A stretch of 54,658 bases of DNA, filler included, from Catajapyx aquilonaris (Eukaryota), in assembly GCA_000934665.2 (NCBI GenBank). It is 3 parts of 3 records of this genome, joined end to end, with 100 filler letters (N's around TTAATTAATTAA, not from the genome) between each part and the next. Parts side by side here need not be neighbours in the genome. Positions count along the whole stretch, not along the records: positions 1 to 18,385 come from JYFJ02006803.1; positions 18,486 to 36,512 come from JYFJ02006804.1; 1 more part is not named here. The stretch is one strand, 5' to 3'. A program made the translations under genes and the position numbers. The notes under the pieces were generated by a model. That model ran no database searches. It was given only the letters and a program-made list of their open reading frames with translations, and was not told the origin of the DNA. Shown one piece after another: positions 10,919 through 21,600 of the stretch; position 1 is the stretch's first letter; each line of letters opens with the position of its first letter.

Positions 10919-11673
10919 CATATAGCAGAACTCTGCAGGGTGTTTCCTGTAACTCTGCAAAGACAAATTAGGGACTCTTAATATGTGGCGTCCCAGTGGC
11001 AACAACGTCAAGCAGTGTCACTTAAAATTGAAAGCCTGTGATGTCAATATATCTAAGGTGTTTAACCAGGCCTACGATTGGCCAATTTTTTCTGCCCTTT
11101 TATTGATCCCAAGGATACCTGTGTTTTTTGATATCTTTTCAAAATCATGTTTTCAAATACGGGTTAGATAGCACTATGAAGATTTCTGTGGGGATCTTGG
11201 GCCAAGACAAAAGTACTTCGTAGTATTAATTTCAATCACTGAAAGCGAAACCTTGGCCCCTCATTAATAATTGTACAGTACATAATTATCAATTTGCCAT
11301 TTCTCTCATATGGTGCCATAATTTGTGGAAGAACCCTTGATGCATATTATTCATGATGTACAATCTTTTTAGTGTCCATCAAAGACTGTGCTGCAGATGC
11401 TACTGAGGAACGAGCCCTAGACAAGATCCAGGCCAAGTTGGGGCCCATACCTGATGTGGAAACAAACTACGTTGGAATTTTGACAATTGTGAAAGCTGCT
11501 ATGCAAGTACCTGATGGATCGCTTAAAGTTAGCAAGTTCAGAGAGGACTTGGCTCATCTCAAGTGAGTACTAAGATTTTTAGTAAAAAAATGAATGAGAA
11601 GATAGGAGCATTACTGACAACCTAAGTGACTCTTCGTACCCTCCTGAATTTTGAAATTTTTTGGATTTTCTAA

Positions 11674-11782
11674 GGGCCAGTTGCACCGGCCTCAGTCTAA
11701 CTTAGAACCTCGGGTATAACAAGAATTGCCATAGCAATCATTGTTGGTCAACAATGATTGCTGAAGCCGGTGCAACTGGCCC
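11674..11782. mobile_element. PIF/Harbinger-type MITE (109 bp)
   Basis: TIR gggccagttgcaccggc, TSD TAA. The empty site is visible in the inverted homologous arm at ~15322-15340. Confidence 0.88.
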
Positions 11783-11799
11783 TAATTCTGCTTGTCCTA

Positions 11800-13534
11800 T
11801 AGTGTTGAGAAAACATCACACGACACATCACACGTCACAAGACAAAACACGATCGAAAATGATAGCTCCTCAACTAAGCCGTGTAAGTGCATAAAAAACA
11901 CATTTCCCCATGTTTTAGGGGTCGCTGATTACGATTTTAAGGTTATTTTGAACCTGGACCTACAGGGTGTACAAAAAAGTCGCCATGGAATTCAAGAACT
12001 TCTAGAAAAAAACACAATAAGTAGGTGTAAATAACAATTCCCGATGCTTTCGCGGTCACTGATTTTGATTTCAAGGTTATTTTGAACCTAGACCTACAGG
12101 GTGTACCGAAAACACTGTCGAATTTAATAACTTGCAGGATAAATGGTATAAATTATTGCAAATAATGTTCTTAATTAATTGAGAGGGTTACAAATAGAAT
12201 TAAATCGTTTATTTATTTACTAATTATTTTTAATTTTTATGAAACGAAATTTTAAAAATAGCTTGATTTTTTGGGTGTTCGTTTGATAAATCCTATCCTG
12301 AAAAAGGCGCGACACGGAACGACATCATGAAATCGCTGTTATGGTGACCTTCAGGATGTACTGTAACTAGAAAATCATAATTCAGCTGCTAATATCTGCT
12401 AGCCGCAATGTCAGAAATGAAAACACCTGAGAGGTGCATGCGAGGGAGGTTCAATTTATGTCCTGAACTGAATTTCAAAGATCATTAATTAATAACTTCT
12501 ACCCTTTTCAGAAGAACAGTGTGTTTTCGAAAGTTTTGAGTGCCTACATAACAAAAAACTACATAATTTAAACAGCAATCGCGATTTTGTCCATAGATAC
12601 AAAATTTTCAACTACTTCCACTATTTACTCCATGAGCTCTCAAATTTGATTGTGTTTTTGGTACATGGTGTATATCCGGGTTTAATGTAGCTTAAATATA
12701 AAAATCAGTGTTCCCCAACACATTGGAAAATATTTTTTCACCTATCCGTACTTATAACGTAGAGTTCTACAAGAGAGTTCTACAAGTTCTTAAATTCGGT
12801 GGTCTTTTATGGTACACCCTGTATGTCCTGGTTCAAAATAACCTAAAAAATGAAAATTAGGACCCCGAGAGCATCCAGAAATGTTATTTTCACCTACTTA
12901 TAGTGTTGTATCAAGAAGTTCTTAAATTTCATGGCGAATTTTTGGTACACCCTGTATGTCTAGGTTCAAAATAACCTAAAATTGAAATCAGCAATCCCTA
13001 AAACATGGTGAGACAGGTGTTTTACGTACTTATGTGGTACTTATAAGGAGCTATCATTTTCGATCGTGTTTTTTCTGATATCTAACACTGTGCATCACCT
13101 CCGCTGCTAATTTCCACGTTAGCAGGGTCAAAATACAGCCAAAAGGTGATGTTCCGTAAGCCACAACACCTGCATCCCGTCGCGAGTCGCCTGTCCCGGC
13201 TGCCCGGTTGCCTTTCACCGCATCTGTAGCTCTCTTCAGTGCTGCGATCTCGCCCGCTTTGAAGTCGAAGGCGATTATAATAATTGCGAGCCAGGACTCC
13301 AAGGCTCTCCATTATTATAATCGCCTTCGACTTCAAAGCGTGCGAGATGACTCTTCTCCTTTGCGGCACCGGAGAGCGCTACAGACGTGGTGAAAGGCGA
13401 CCGCGACCACGCAGCCGGGACCGGCCACTCACGACCGGATGCAGGAGTTGTGGCTTCGGAACATCGCCTTTTAGCTGTATTTTCACCCTGCTAACGTGGA
13501 ATTTAGCAGTGGAGGTGATGTTTTCTCAACACTA
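11800..13534. mobile_element. ~1.7-kb foldback element with internally repeated TIRs; Academ-like TAG...CTA ends
   Basis: tagtgttgagaaaacatcac / gtgatgttttctcaacacta. Arms of ~330 bp each carry two copies of aggttattttgaacct(g/a)gacctacagggtgtac. ttg at 11792-11794 and 13535-13537, plus a 5-nt filler tccta. Confidence 0.75.
13093..13520. mobile_element. ~430-bp hairpin element nested in the right TIR of 11800-13534
   Basis: catcacctccgctgctaa... / ...ttagcagtggaggtgatg. Arms pair down to a short loop near 13285-13311. Confidence 0.8.
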
Positions 13535-13830
13535 TTGACACCCAGAAAACGCGGAGGTATCTCTACCTAGCGGCCAGCGTTGTAAGTTCTTGGGTGCTCG
13601 AATGGCTGTTGGCCATGGCAGGCAATGAGGATACGACGCTCGGAAAAAGTCTAATACGAATTGTTGCATGGTCGGGTGCCACCAGTAATACAGCCGAGAT
13701 GTGCCTGGAACTATGCTCTACACGTTTCCAGAAAAGCCCTGGGAAAATGAGTAGCGAGACTAGTGGATTCAGGCAGTGAAAATAATCAAGTTTGCTTCAT
13801 GAGAAATGTTGATGAGCACTCACAAATCGC

Positions 13831-14134
13831 TCCAGGGGCGGGCTGCCCCGGGTCGGATCCTCCCCAAAAGCGGGTCAATGGGAAGGGCAGGATTATCTTA
13901 ACCCCCCAAAATATCCAGGGGTCGGTCTGCCCCAGTTCCAGCCGCCCAGATTGGAGGAGCAGAGAGGCCAACCCAAATGCACGGAGATCGTGCAATGCTG
14001 ACTTGCTCCTCCATCTGTGGTGGGCTAGACCCGGGGCAAACCACCCCCTGGATTTTTTGGGGGGTGAAGATAATCCTGCCTTTCCCTTGGCTTGAGTTTG
14101 GGGAGGATCCGGCCCGGGGCAGCCCGTCCCCGGA
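13831..14134. mobile_element. GC-rich ~300-bp foldback element
   Basis: cgggctgccccggg(t/c)cggatcctccccaaa...ggcaggattatctt pairs with the right arm. TSD not identified. Confidence 0.7.
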
Positions 14135-14872
14135 TCAGTGAATGCAATATTGCACTTTTGCTTATTTTGCATATCATAAACTCATTAAAAGGCACATGTT
14201 GACACTGCAATAAATTATGTAAATGTACTGTACTAGCTCACTGCCCATAACAGTACTGACCACCACATAGGCACATATGGTGCAAGAATAGGGCATCATA
14301 TTGTAAATATTTGGAGGCAATTATTAATTGATTACCTGCTTATGAAAATGAAGAGATGCTGCACTCTGAGCACCTCCTGAAAATGGAGAAGAAAAGCATG
14401 CAACAACAAGCATTGCAGTCCTGACTGACCTGTACCTGGCACGAATGAAATTATTTCACTGCTCTATTGTTCTCATGTTATGACAACAGGGCGCATGCAG
14501 TGTGATGCTGACACATAATTATGCTGTCATGCCTCCCCCAAAATATGCATTGAATACAGAACTGATATGTAAAATATAGTTGCTCCAGATTTTGCAAAAA
14601 ATTGCTTTCCGTGGGTTTAGGACGTTTCAGAGTTTGGAGATGTACTGCAATTTCACGGGCCACTTATTTGGCCCCTTGCACATGCCCGCTCTTCAAAATA
14701 TCTTTTCCTTTCATAAGAGTCGTTTTCAGGAGGTCAAGGGGCACAGTAACATTTAAGAAATCGCACTCCTGGGCAAATATTTCGCTCTTTTTTCAGTGGC
14801 TTGAACTACATGCTTTTATATGGCCAGAAGGCCGCCTTGTGGGGCTCTAGCACCCAACAGCTTAAGAATGTG

Positions 14873-15227
14873 CAGGGGCGGATCCAAGGGGGGGGGTCAC
14901 GGGGGTCATGACCCCCCCAAACCATGGAAAGAGAAATATTTTCTAAATTTTTATCTGAAAATTAGGATGATTTTTGGGAAAAAGTGCTACCAATTTCATC
15001 AAATACTGTACACACCCATTCAAATCTCCTACATTCACCTAAGCTCGTGTGACCTTCAACCCCCCAAATATTTTCCCCTGCGGCGCTCTTGCTCCCCGCC
15101 CTTTTCGACTTATGCCCCCGCCCGGCCTCGCAAACGCCACCTAGTCTGTGGTATGGTACAGAACGGTCCGACAGGACCATGACGGCATGACCCCCCCCCC
15201 CAAATCGAAAGTCTGGATCCGCCCCTG
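14873..15227. mobile_element. hAT-superfamily MITE (355 bp)
   Basis: TIR caggggcggatcca. Perfect 8-bp TSD agaatgtg at 14865-14872 and 15228-15235. Confidence 0.92.
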
Positions 15228-15679
15228 AGAATGTGGCCGCCAATGACGCCACCTCTGATATTCTGGGTGTCANCCCTGAGAATGTGGCCGCCAATGACGC
15301 CACCTCTGATATTCTGGGTGTCAAGCAGAATTAGAAAATACAAAATTCAAAATTCAGGAAGGTAAGAAGAGTTCGTTTGGTTGTGAGAGAAAATGGACTG
15401 AATACACTAATGTACAGTATGTGTTGGGGGAAGTGGGGTTTACTAGGGGTCTTTCCGAATTAAGTGGGTCTAAATGTTGCTAGACCGTCTCGGATCTTGG
15501 TGAAAATAATCACAGATGTACTCAACTATTCCTTAATGCTGCCTATAAAGATTCAGCCATATTGCGCAATACCATGATGAGGGAAAAAATCGCAGAAATC
15601 GGGAAATGGCTGAACATGAGGCCTTTTTTGGAGATTTTTTTCCGGTTGGTGGTAGTGGGCAAAACCCAATGAACATATA

Positions 15680-15952
15680 CAGGGTGTTTATCCTAAGCGT
15701 GTCACCAGAAAAGGTGGTGGTAGAGGGCGCAGGTGTGAGCATTTTTGCATACGGAACTAGGGGTTGGAAACGCACCCTCACCAAGTTAAGCCCCTTTCAA
15801 GTTTGCAGCAGGCAGTGTGCAAGAGGCATGCGGCACGCGGCGGAGTGACTCGGTGAGGGTGCGTTTCCAACCCCTAGTTCCTTACGCAAAAATGCTCACA
15901 CCTACCCTCTACCACCACCATTTCTGGTGACATGCTTAGGATTAACACCCTG
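15680..15952. mobile_element. Tc1/mariner-type foldback MITE family D (273 bp)
   Basis: ta|cagggtgtt...aacaccctg|ta, arms of ~105 bp. Confidence 0.88.
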
Positions 15953-15993
15953 TATATCAAAAGAAAGAGAAACACCAGGAGAATGCGCCTATA

Positions 15994-16535
15994 CAGGGTG
16001 ATCCAACTCTATGGCACCATTAGTTATTGAAAAAATCGCGCAAGCTGCTTGTTTATAAGCAAGTCGTTGCTAAGAGATGCTTTCTGGCTCTTTCTGGAGA
16101 ATCGGGAATAGCACCTGCTGATATTAGGTCCAATGGCCATGTAACAATAATATTTTATTTGCTGGTAACTAAACAACGCTGCCTGTTGACCTGTCTCAGT
16201 TTTGCCAACAGCGGCCAACAATGAACAGACCAGAAGGCCTATTTATTGACACACCCGGGTCTGTCCAGTTCCGACGGATTAGACCTTTGGTTTGGCAGCT
16301 AGTGACCTCATGTGAAACCCTCCAGCGAACACCAGAACAGGCCTGTTTCCCACGGATGACCCTTTTTTCCCTCATTAATTGCTGTTACATGGGCATTGGA
16401 CCTAATATCAGCAGGTGCTATTCCCGATTCTCCAGAAAGTAACTCTTATTGATCTCTTAGCAACGACCTGCTTATAAACAAGCAGCTTGCTGATTTTTCC
16501 AATAACTGTTGGTGCCACAGAGTTGGATCACCCTG
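15994..16535 (+). mobile_element. Tc1/mariner-type MITE family A, full copy (542 bp)
   Basis: ta|cagggtgatccaactct...agagttggatcaccctg|ta, imperfect TIRs of ~150 bp. Confidence 0.9.
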
Positions 16536-17275
16536 TAGAATTAGTCTTTCTTTGAAATGTAAAAATACATTTTTTTAGCATTTCATTTGTCACTTGCTCA
16601 GTCAGTCACATGCCCAAGAATTGTGACCTCAACAATCAGTGATGTATTTGCGTTACATCAGTCATATTTGGTGACACCAGTTATGACGGACATGAGGATC
16701 AGTATGTTAAGTTTGAGACCTGGGTCATGCATGGTTTGCGAGAAAATAATAGATATGTGTTGCAGATATACCGTTCATTTCACTCTTCTACAAAAGACCT
16801 TTGTGTTCTTTCTGAAGATGTGAATAGTGATTCATATAGTACAGTGCTGGACACATTAGCCGTCGCTGAATGTTTTTTTCCGCCTGCGACGGCGCTGCGT
16901 TACCTGGTAACCCCGTCCGGCGGGCCAATTCAAACATCAGCATATATGGAGAGCGCTTCCATTGTTGCCACTGTTTACAAAGAGCGAGTAAGTGACGCGG
17001 ACGACCAAGCGACGGGTCTCTTCTGCTTGCTTACACAGTATCTGCAGGGTTACGCAGGATAAAAGGGAAAATAATGATGTTAGAAGCAAACCACGTTGGG
17101 AAGATTATCGCTGGACTCAAAGAAAGGTTTTCGTCCCCAGCACACGAAATATATTCCACCCCTGAGGAGGGGGTGTCAATGATTAAGATCAGGGGTGTAG
17201 TGCTAATTGAAAGTGCTTCAACTGACGTACGGATTCTTTTGGTTTTTGTGTCTTTTCCACATACTTCGACACCTG

Positions 17276-17652
17276 TAAGACGAATGGAGACCATGCCCCG
17301 TATGTCAGATACCATGTCAGTCTCGTAATTTGTCCCCAAAGACGTCATATCTCAAAATGGCTTCCGCTGTTCCGCATAAACGAGTACCGGTACGTGTCGT
17401 TCGCGTCATATTCGCACCAGGAAGAGATACACGACTAACATGACACGTACAGGGGTTGGACACAATAATATGAACACCTGCAACAAGCGTTAGTCGTGTA
17501 TCTCTTCCTGGTGCGAATATGAGGCGAACGACACGTATTCGTATATGCGGAACAGCGGAATCCATTTTGAGATATGACGTCTTTGGGGACAAATTACGAG
17601 ACTGGAGCTGACGTGGTGTCTGACATATGGGGCATGGTCTCCATTCGCCTTA
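17276..17652. mobile_element. ~375-bp hairpin MITE (Harbinger- or Kolobok-like ends)
   Basis: taag(a/g)cgaatggagaccatgcccc at both ends in inverted orientation, arms of ~165 bp. Confidence 0.8.
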
Positions 17653-17760
17653 GGGGGCTTCCACATATTACGTAACGGTATTTTTGGCCATTTTTGACCC
17701 CCTCCCCCCCCTCTGTAACGGGACTGTAACGATCTCCCGAACCCCCCGTTACGTAACGCC
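17653..17760. mobile_element. Left end of a PIF/Harbinger-like element
   Basis: tta|gggggcttccacatattacgtaacg with repeated gtaacg. No right end found before the spacer. Confidence 0.5.
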
Positions 17761-18385
17761 TGCTATTTTTAAAATTTCGTGCTTCAGAACGAGCCCCACG
17801 TGTTTCATGCCTGGGTGATTCTCCAAAAACTTACCATTTTCAAAGCAAGAATGAATGAATTTCAAAACTTGTTTTAAAAATCAGGAAAAATTCTCACTTA
17901 CTCTATATGAGGTCACAAATCAGGGAAAAATATGGAGAACTAATTCTGATATTCTAATGCCAGGAGAGTGAATATTTCCAGGAGTTCGGGAGCCAGAAGA
18001 ATGACCTATGCATGCAATAGGATTAATATCACGGTCCAGAACAAACGTTGTCTATGGAGATTTCGGTGGGTTCAAGAAGACCCTTCATTCCATATATGGA
18101 ATCACAGTTATTTCAAAACATTTAAACTATTTTGTGACATAGAAAAATGAGCCAGGAGTGCGAACTTTTAATTTCCGGGAGAAAAATGACCTTTGGATGC
18201 ATTGTAGGGACGAGAGTCCCTATAAGTAAGATCCTCGTGCAAAAACAACAATGAAAATTTTCCTTGTTCTTGTTCTTGTTGGGAGGAGGTTTTTCTGTCA
18301 AGCATATCTCAAAACCCGTTGCAAGTACAGCCTTCATATTTTGAACACGTATCCGGCCCGACGTGCTGCAGTGCCCGATCCCCTA

Positions 18386-18485
18386 NNNNNNNNNNNNNNN
18401 NNNNNNNNNNNNNNNNNNNNNNNNNNNNNTTAATTAATTAANNNNNNNNNNNNNNNNNNNNNNNNNNNNNNNNNNNNNNNNNNNN
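18386..18485. other. Artificial 100-nt assembly spacer
   Basis: 44 N + TTAATTAATTAA (stops in all six frames) + 44 N. Confidence 0.97.
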
Positions 18486-18505
18486 TTTCGGAGGATGAAA
18501 TGAAC

Positions 18506-18631
18506 TAAAAGAGTTGTTTTAACTCCAGCGAAAGAGTTATTATAACTCATTTTTGGTAATGACCACTTTCAAGGTTAAAAAGAGTTAATTTAACTCTTAT
18601 TGAGTTTTTTTAACTCTTATTTTTTTAGAGA
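18506..18631. mobile_element. Possible CACTA-like MITE right end
   Basis: Repeated gagtt...aactc mini-palindromes ending tttttttagagag. Confidence 0.35.
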
Positions 18632-21600
18632 GTATATATATACTTACCGGGCCGCAGCGATTCGCAGAATGAGCTCATTTTGCTCCCCTATAATACTCCA
18701 ATGGGAAGTCGCAACAAGTTACACGAAGTTACCGTGGTATACCAGCCAAGAATCTTAGATCATATTACACAGTGCCAAGTCCTTATACAGTTCAAAGAGA
18801 GATGGGAAAATGAGTGATATGGATAGCTTGCTCCATAGTCGTCATTTGAGAAAGCTACCCGTCGAAATGTTGCACTCACCTGTCGCGATTGGTGTTTTTA
18901 AAAATGGTTGCTGGAGAGAACAAATCCATTTAAAAAATCCCTCTATAACCTCCCTCGTGGACCACGGAATTTACCACATTGGATGTGTGTAGGTCGCGTG
19001 AGTATGATAATGAATAAATTTTACATCATCATTTTATGCACAAGTCGTCATTATACCCCTGTCATTATCGTTATGGAAATAATGCGATTCAAAGACAACC
19101 TGTAAATCATCCTGGCAGATGAGCCTCCGTCCGGGAAACCTTTCTTTTGCAATTCAAAAAAAAAAAAAAAAAAACGGCCACCGCCCCGCAAGCAATAAAT
19201 TGAAGCTGACATCTCATTAGATGTAGCATGCAGTTACCTATATGAAATAGAAGCGCAGCATAATGCACATTTCACGTGATGCCAATTATTATCCGACCGA
19301 CCGGGGGGGCTAAAATCAAATGACACGACCACAAAAAAGTGATTCTCTGGTGCCCACAAAACCCACCTGATGGAATATTTATTAGCAAGCATTCCGAAAC
19401 GCCCTTGCTGCGAACAGCCATAAAAATAAATTGCAATATCCAAGGCGAAGTCTCGTGTGTCAAGCGCGGCAGGGAAGCAGCCTCGAGGTCTATTCACAAA
19501 CAGACGTAATACCATCATTGGACTCGCCTCCTCCTTTCCCTATTTCCCTCCATCAACGAGATTTGATTCATTCCTATATATGCAAATCCCCTGCTTGGAC
19601 GTCCAAGTGAATTTCTGCCCGGTCCTCCTTCATATAGAAATATATAGATTCGGTGTTTGCACTCCTCCACTTTCCCCTTTCATGATGATGCAGACGCGCT
19701 CTTTCACTTACCCTTTCTTTGCCTCGCCCAATACGCGGGGAATTCGCCCACTTTATTGCTCCGATCAGTGCAAACATTTCATCTGCCGTCGGAAATCGCA
19801 TCACCCAAGCCCCGCCGCGAGATTTGCATGCTTAATTATCATGAATTGCTAACTATCGCGTAAACTCTCTTTTTTTAAAAAAAGGGGGGGAGGGGGCACA
19901 GGGAGGGGGGCATAATCCGCAGGATTTTGCATCGAGCGTGAAATTCATCAATTTTACTGGTGTGAAATTCTGGCACCCAGGGCACTTTATTAATGTATTG
20001 GCGCAATCAAGGGGGCAGTTATTGCCAAGCGGTGCGGGGGAATTCGGTTCGACTCAATTAAATATATATCGATAAATTCCGCCAATAAATTATTGCTGCA
20101 GTATAGGTGGCATTGAAAGCAAACATATTGTGTCAATACACAATAATTTCAAATAGCAATTAATTAACCTCTTAACCTCAATATAATTATAAATGCATGA
20201 TGTGCATTCTGGACATATACAGTATCTTCGGGTGCTTTTACTTTTGAGGGTCATACGAGCTCGACGTGCTGTTACAATGACTCCAACTCAACTAGGTCGA
20301 AGAGTTCAGGGCACATGTTGTCGTCAAGACAACGTCTCTAGCGCCTCTGGCTCTTGCTATTTTTTTATTTTATTTTTAAAAAACTAGAAGACGCTCAGGA
20401 TTCAGTACACATTCGCAAAAATAGAACCTACATTTTCTTCTAACCACAACGCCTGATCTTGGTTCAAACTAAAAACCAAAAAGTCGCTTGAAAGACAACC
20501 TGTGGTTTAATGTTAGTTGATATCAAGCAAATATTGCAGAACTGAAGCCCTAGTGAGATTGCTCCGGGGCGTCCCACCGAAGCAATTATTACGTTCCGTG
20601 CAGTATAGGCGTTACAGTACTTTGCTGCAACACAGTATCACTTAAAATAACAGCACAAGTATACGTATAGCTATTGAGAGAGGATACTCTCAGTTTGCGT
20701 GGGAGGAAACCCCTGCAATTGCCGATGTTTTCATTCCATGCCAGCTAGTTTACACAAAGCTAATTAATGTACATTAGCAAAGGCTATTGCATCCTACAGT
20801 CATATTTCTAGTAATAGCAATAATGTCACAAAATACAACTAAAATGAATGCGATGTTTCCAAGTCAAGTTGAAAGGTACAAAATAATTGTGTGATCCGTG
20901 GAAAAAAAAGAAGCATTGTCATTCAAAAGACTTAGGGCAGTCAGTGTGAACAGTAGTGTAAACTCGTCCACAATGTAGGATTATGCTTTGTGAATATGGA
21001 ATATCCATATACATAAAACACCTGACCAGTGCGCTATGGGGTTCCAGCACATACGCGCGATTACGTGAGGTGACCAGAAATGCAGCATGTCCTTCTTGCT
21101 GTCATTTCATTTAGGGACAAGCCGTGGTATAAGCATGAATGAAACTATTCAGTTAGAATTTCAGTACATCACGGATGAAATTTTAATAACAAGTAACTAT
21201 ATAATGAGTAATGACACATACATTAATGTCGCTCATTTTGCCAGTCCGCTTTTCCAAGGGCTGCTTTTTGGAAATACAGTTATGACTTGAGAATACACCG
21301 CAGAATACAGATATACGTATACAGCCATGCAAAAGCGATGAAGGCCAAATTATACAGCACAGAATTTGTATCCCCACACAATAGCCAGGACTTGACAACG
21401 TCACTTCCAGTCTGTCTGATAGCAGCCGCAACTCTTATTACTGCACTTCACCTTTGTTTAGGCATGTCATGGTCGCAGTCAAGTGGCGGTTTATGAAATT
21501 TACCCCTCGTCAACTTCCAGTAACGATTGTTACGGCATTCCCTCCTCACGTGTTGCTCACCGTAATCACGTGGTATAGTATTTATTTGAACGTCTTAACC

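Noticed and set aside
15223..15323. Exact 50-bp tandem duplication
   Set aside because: Two identical copies separated by a single N, typical of an unmerged contig overlap.
16896..17030. A second flip/flop case: loop inverted relative to 8379-8579
   Set aside because: No asymmetric end marker survives in both copies, so simple opposite insertion orientation explains it.
18430..18441. TTAATTAATTAA islands inside N runs (also 36557-36568) as a biological motif or piggyBac site
   Set aside because: The identical 44N-12-44N design occurs twice and puts stops in all six frames. It is an assembly linker.
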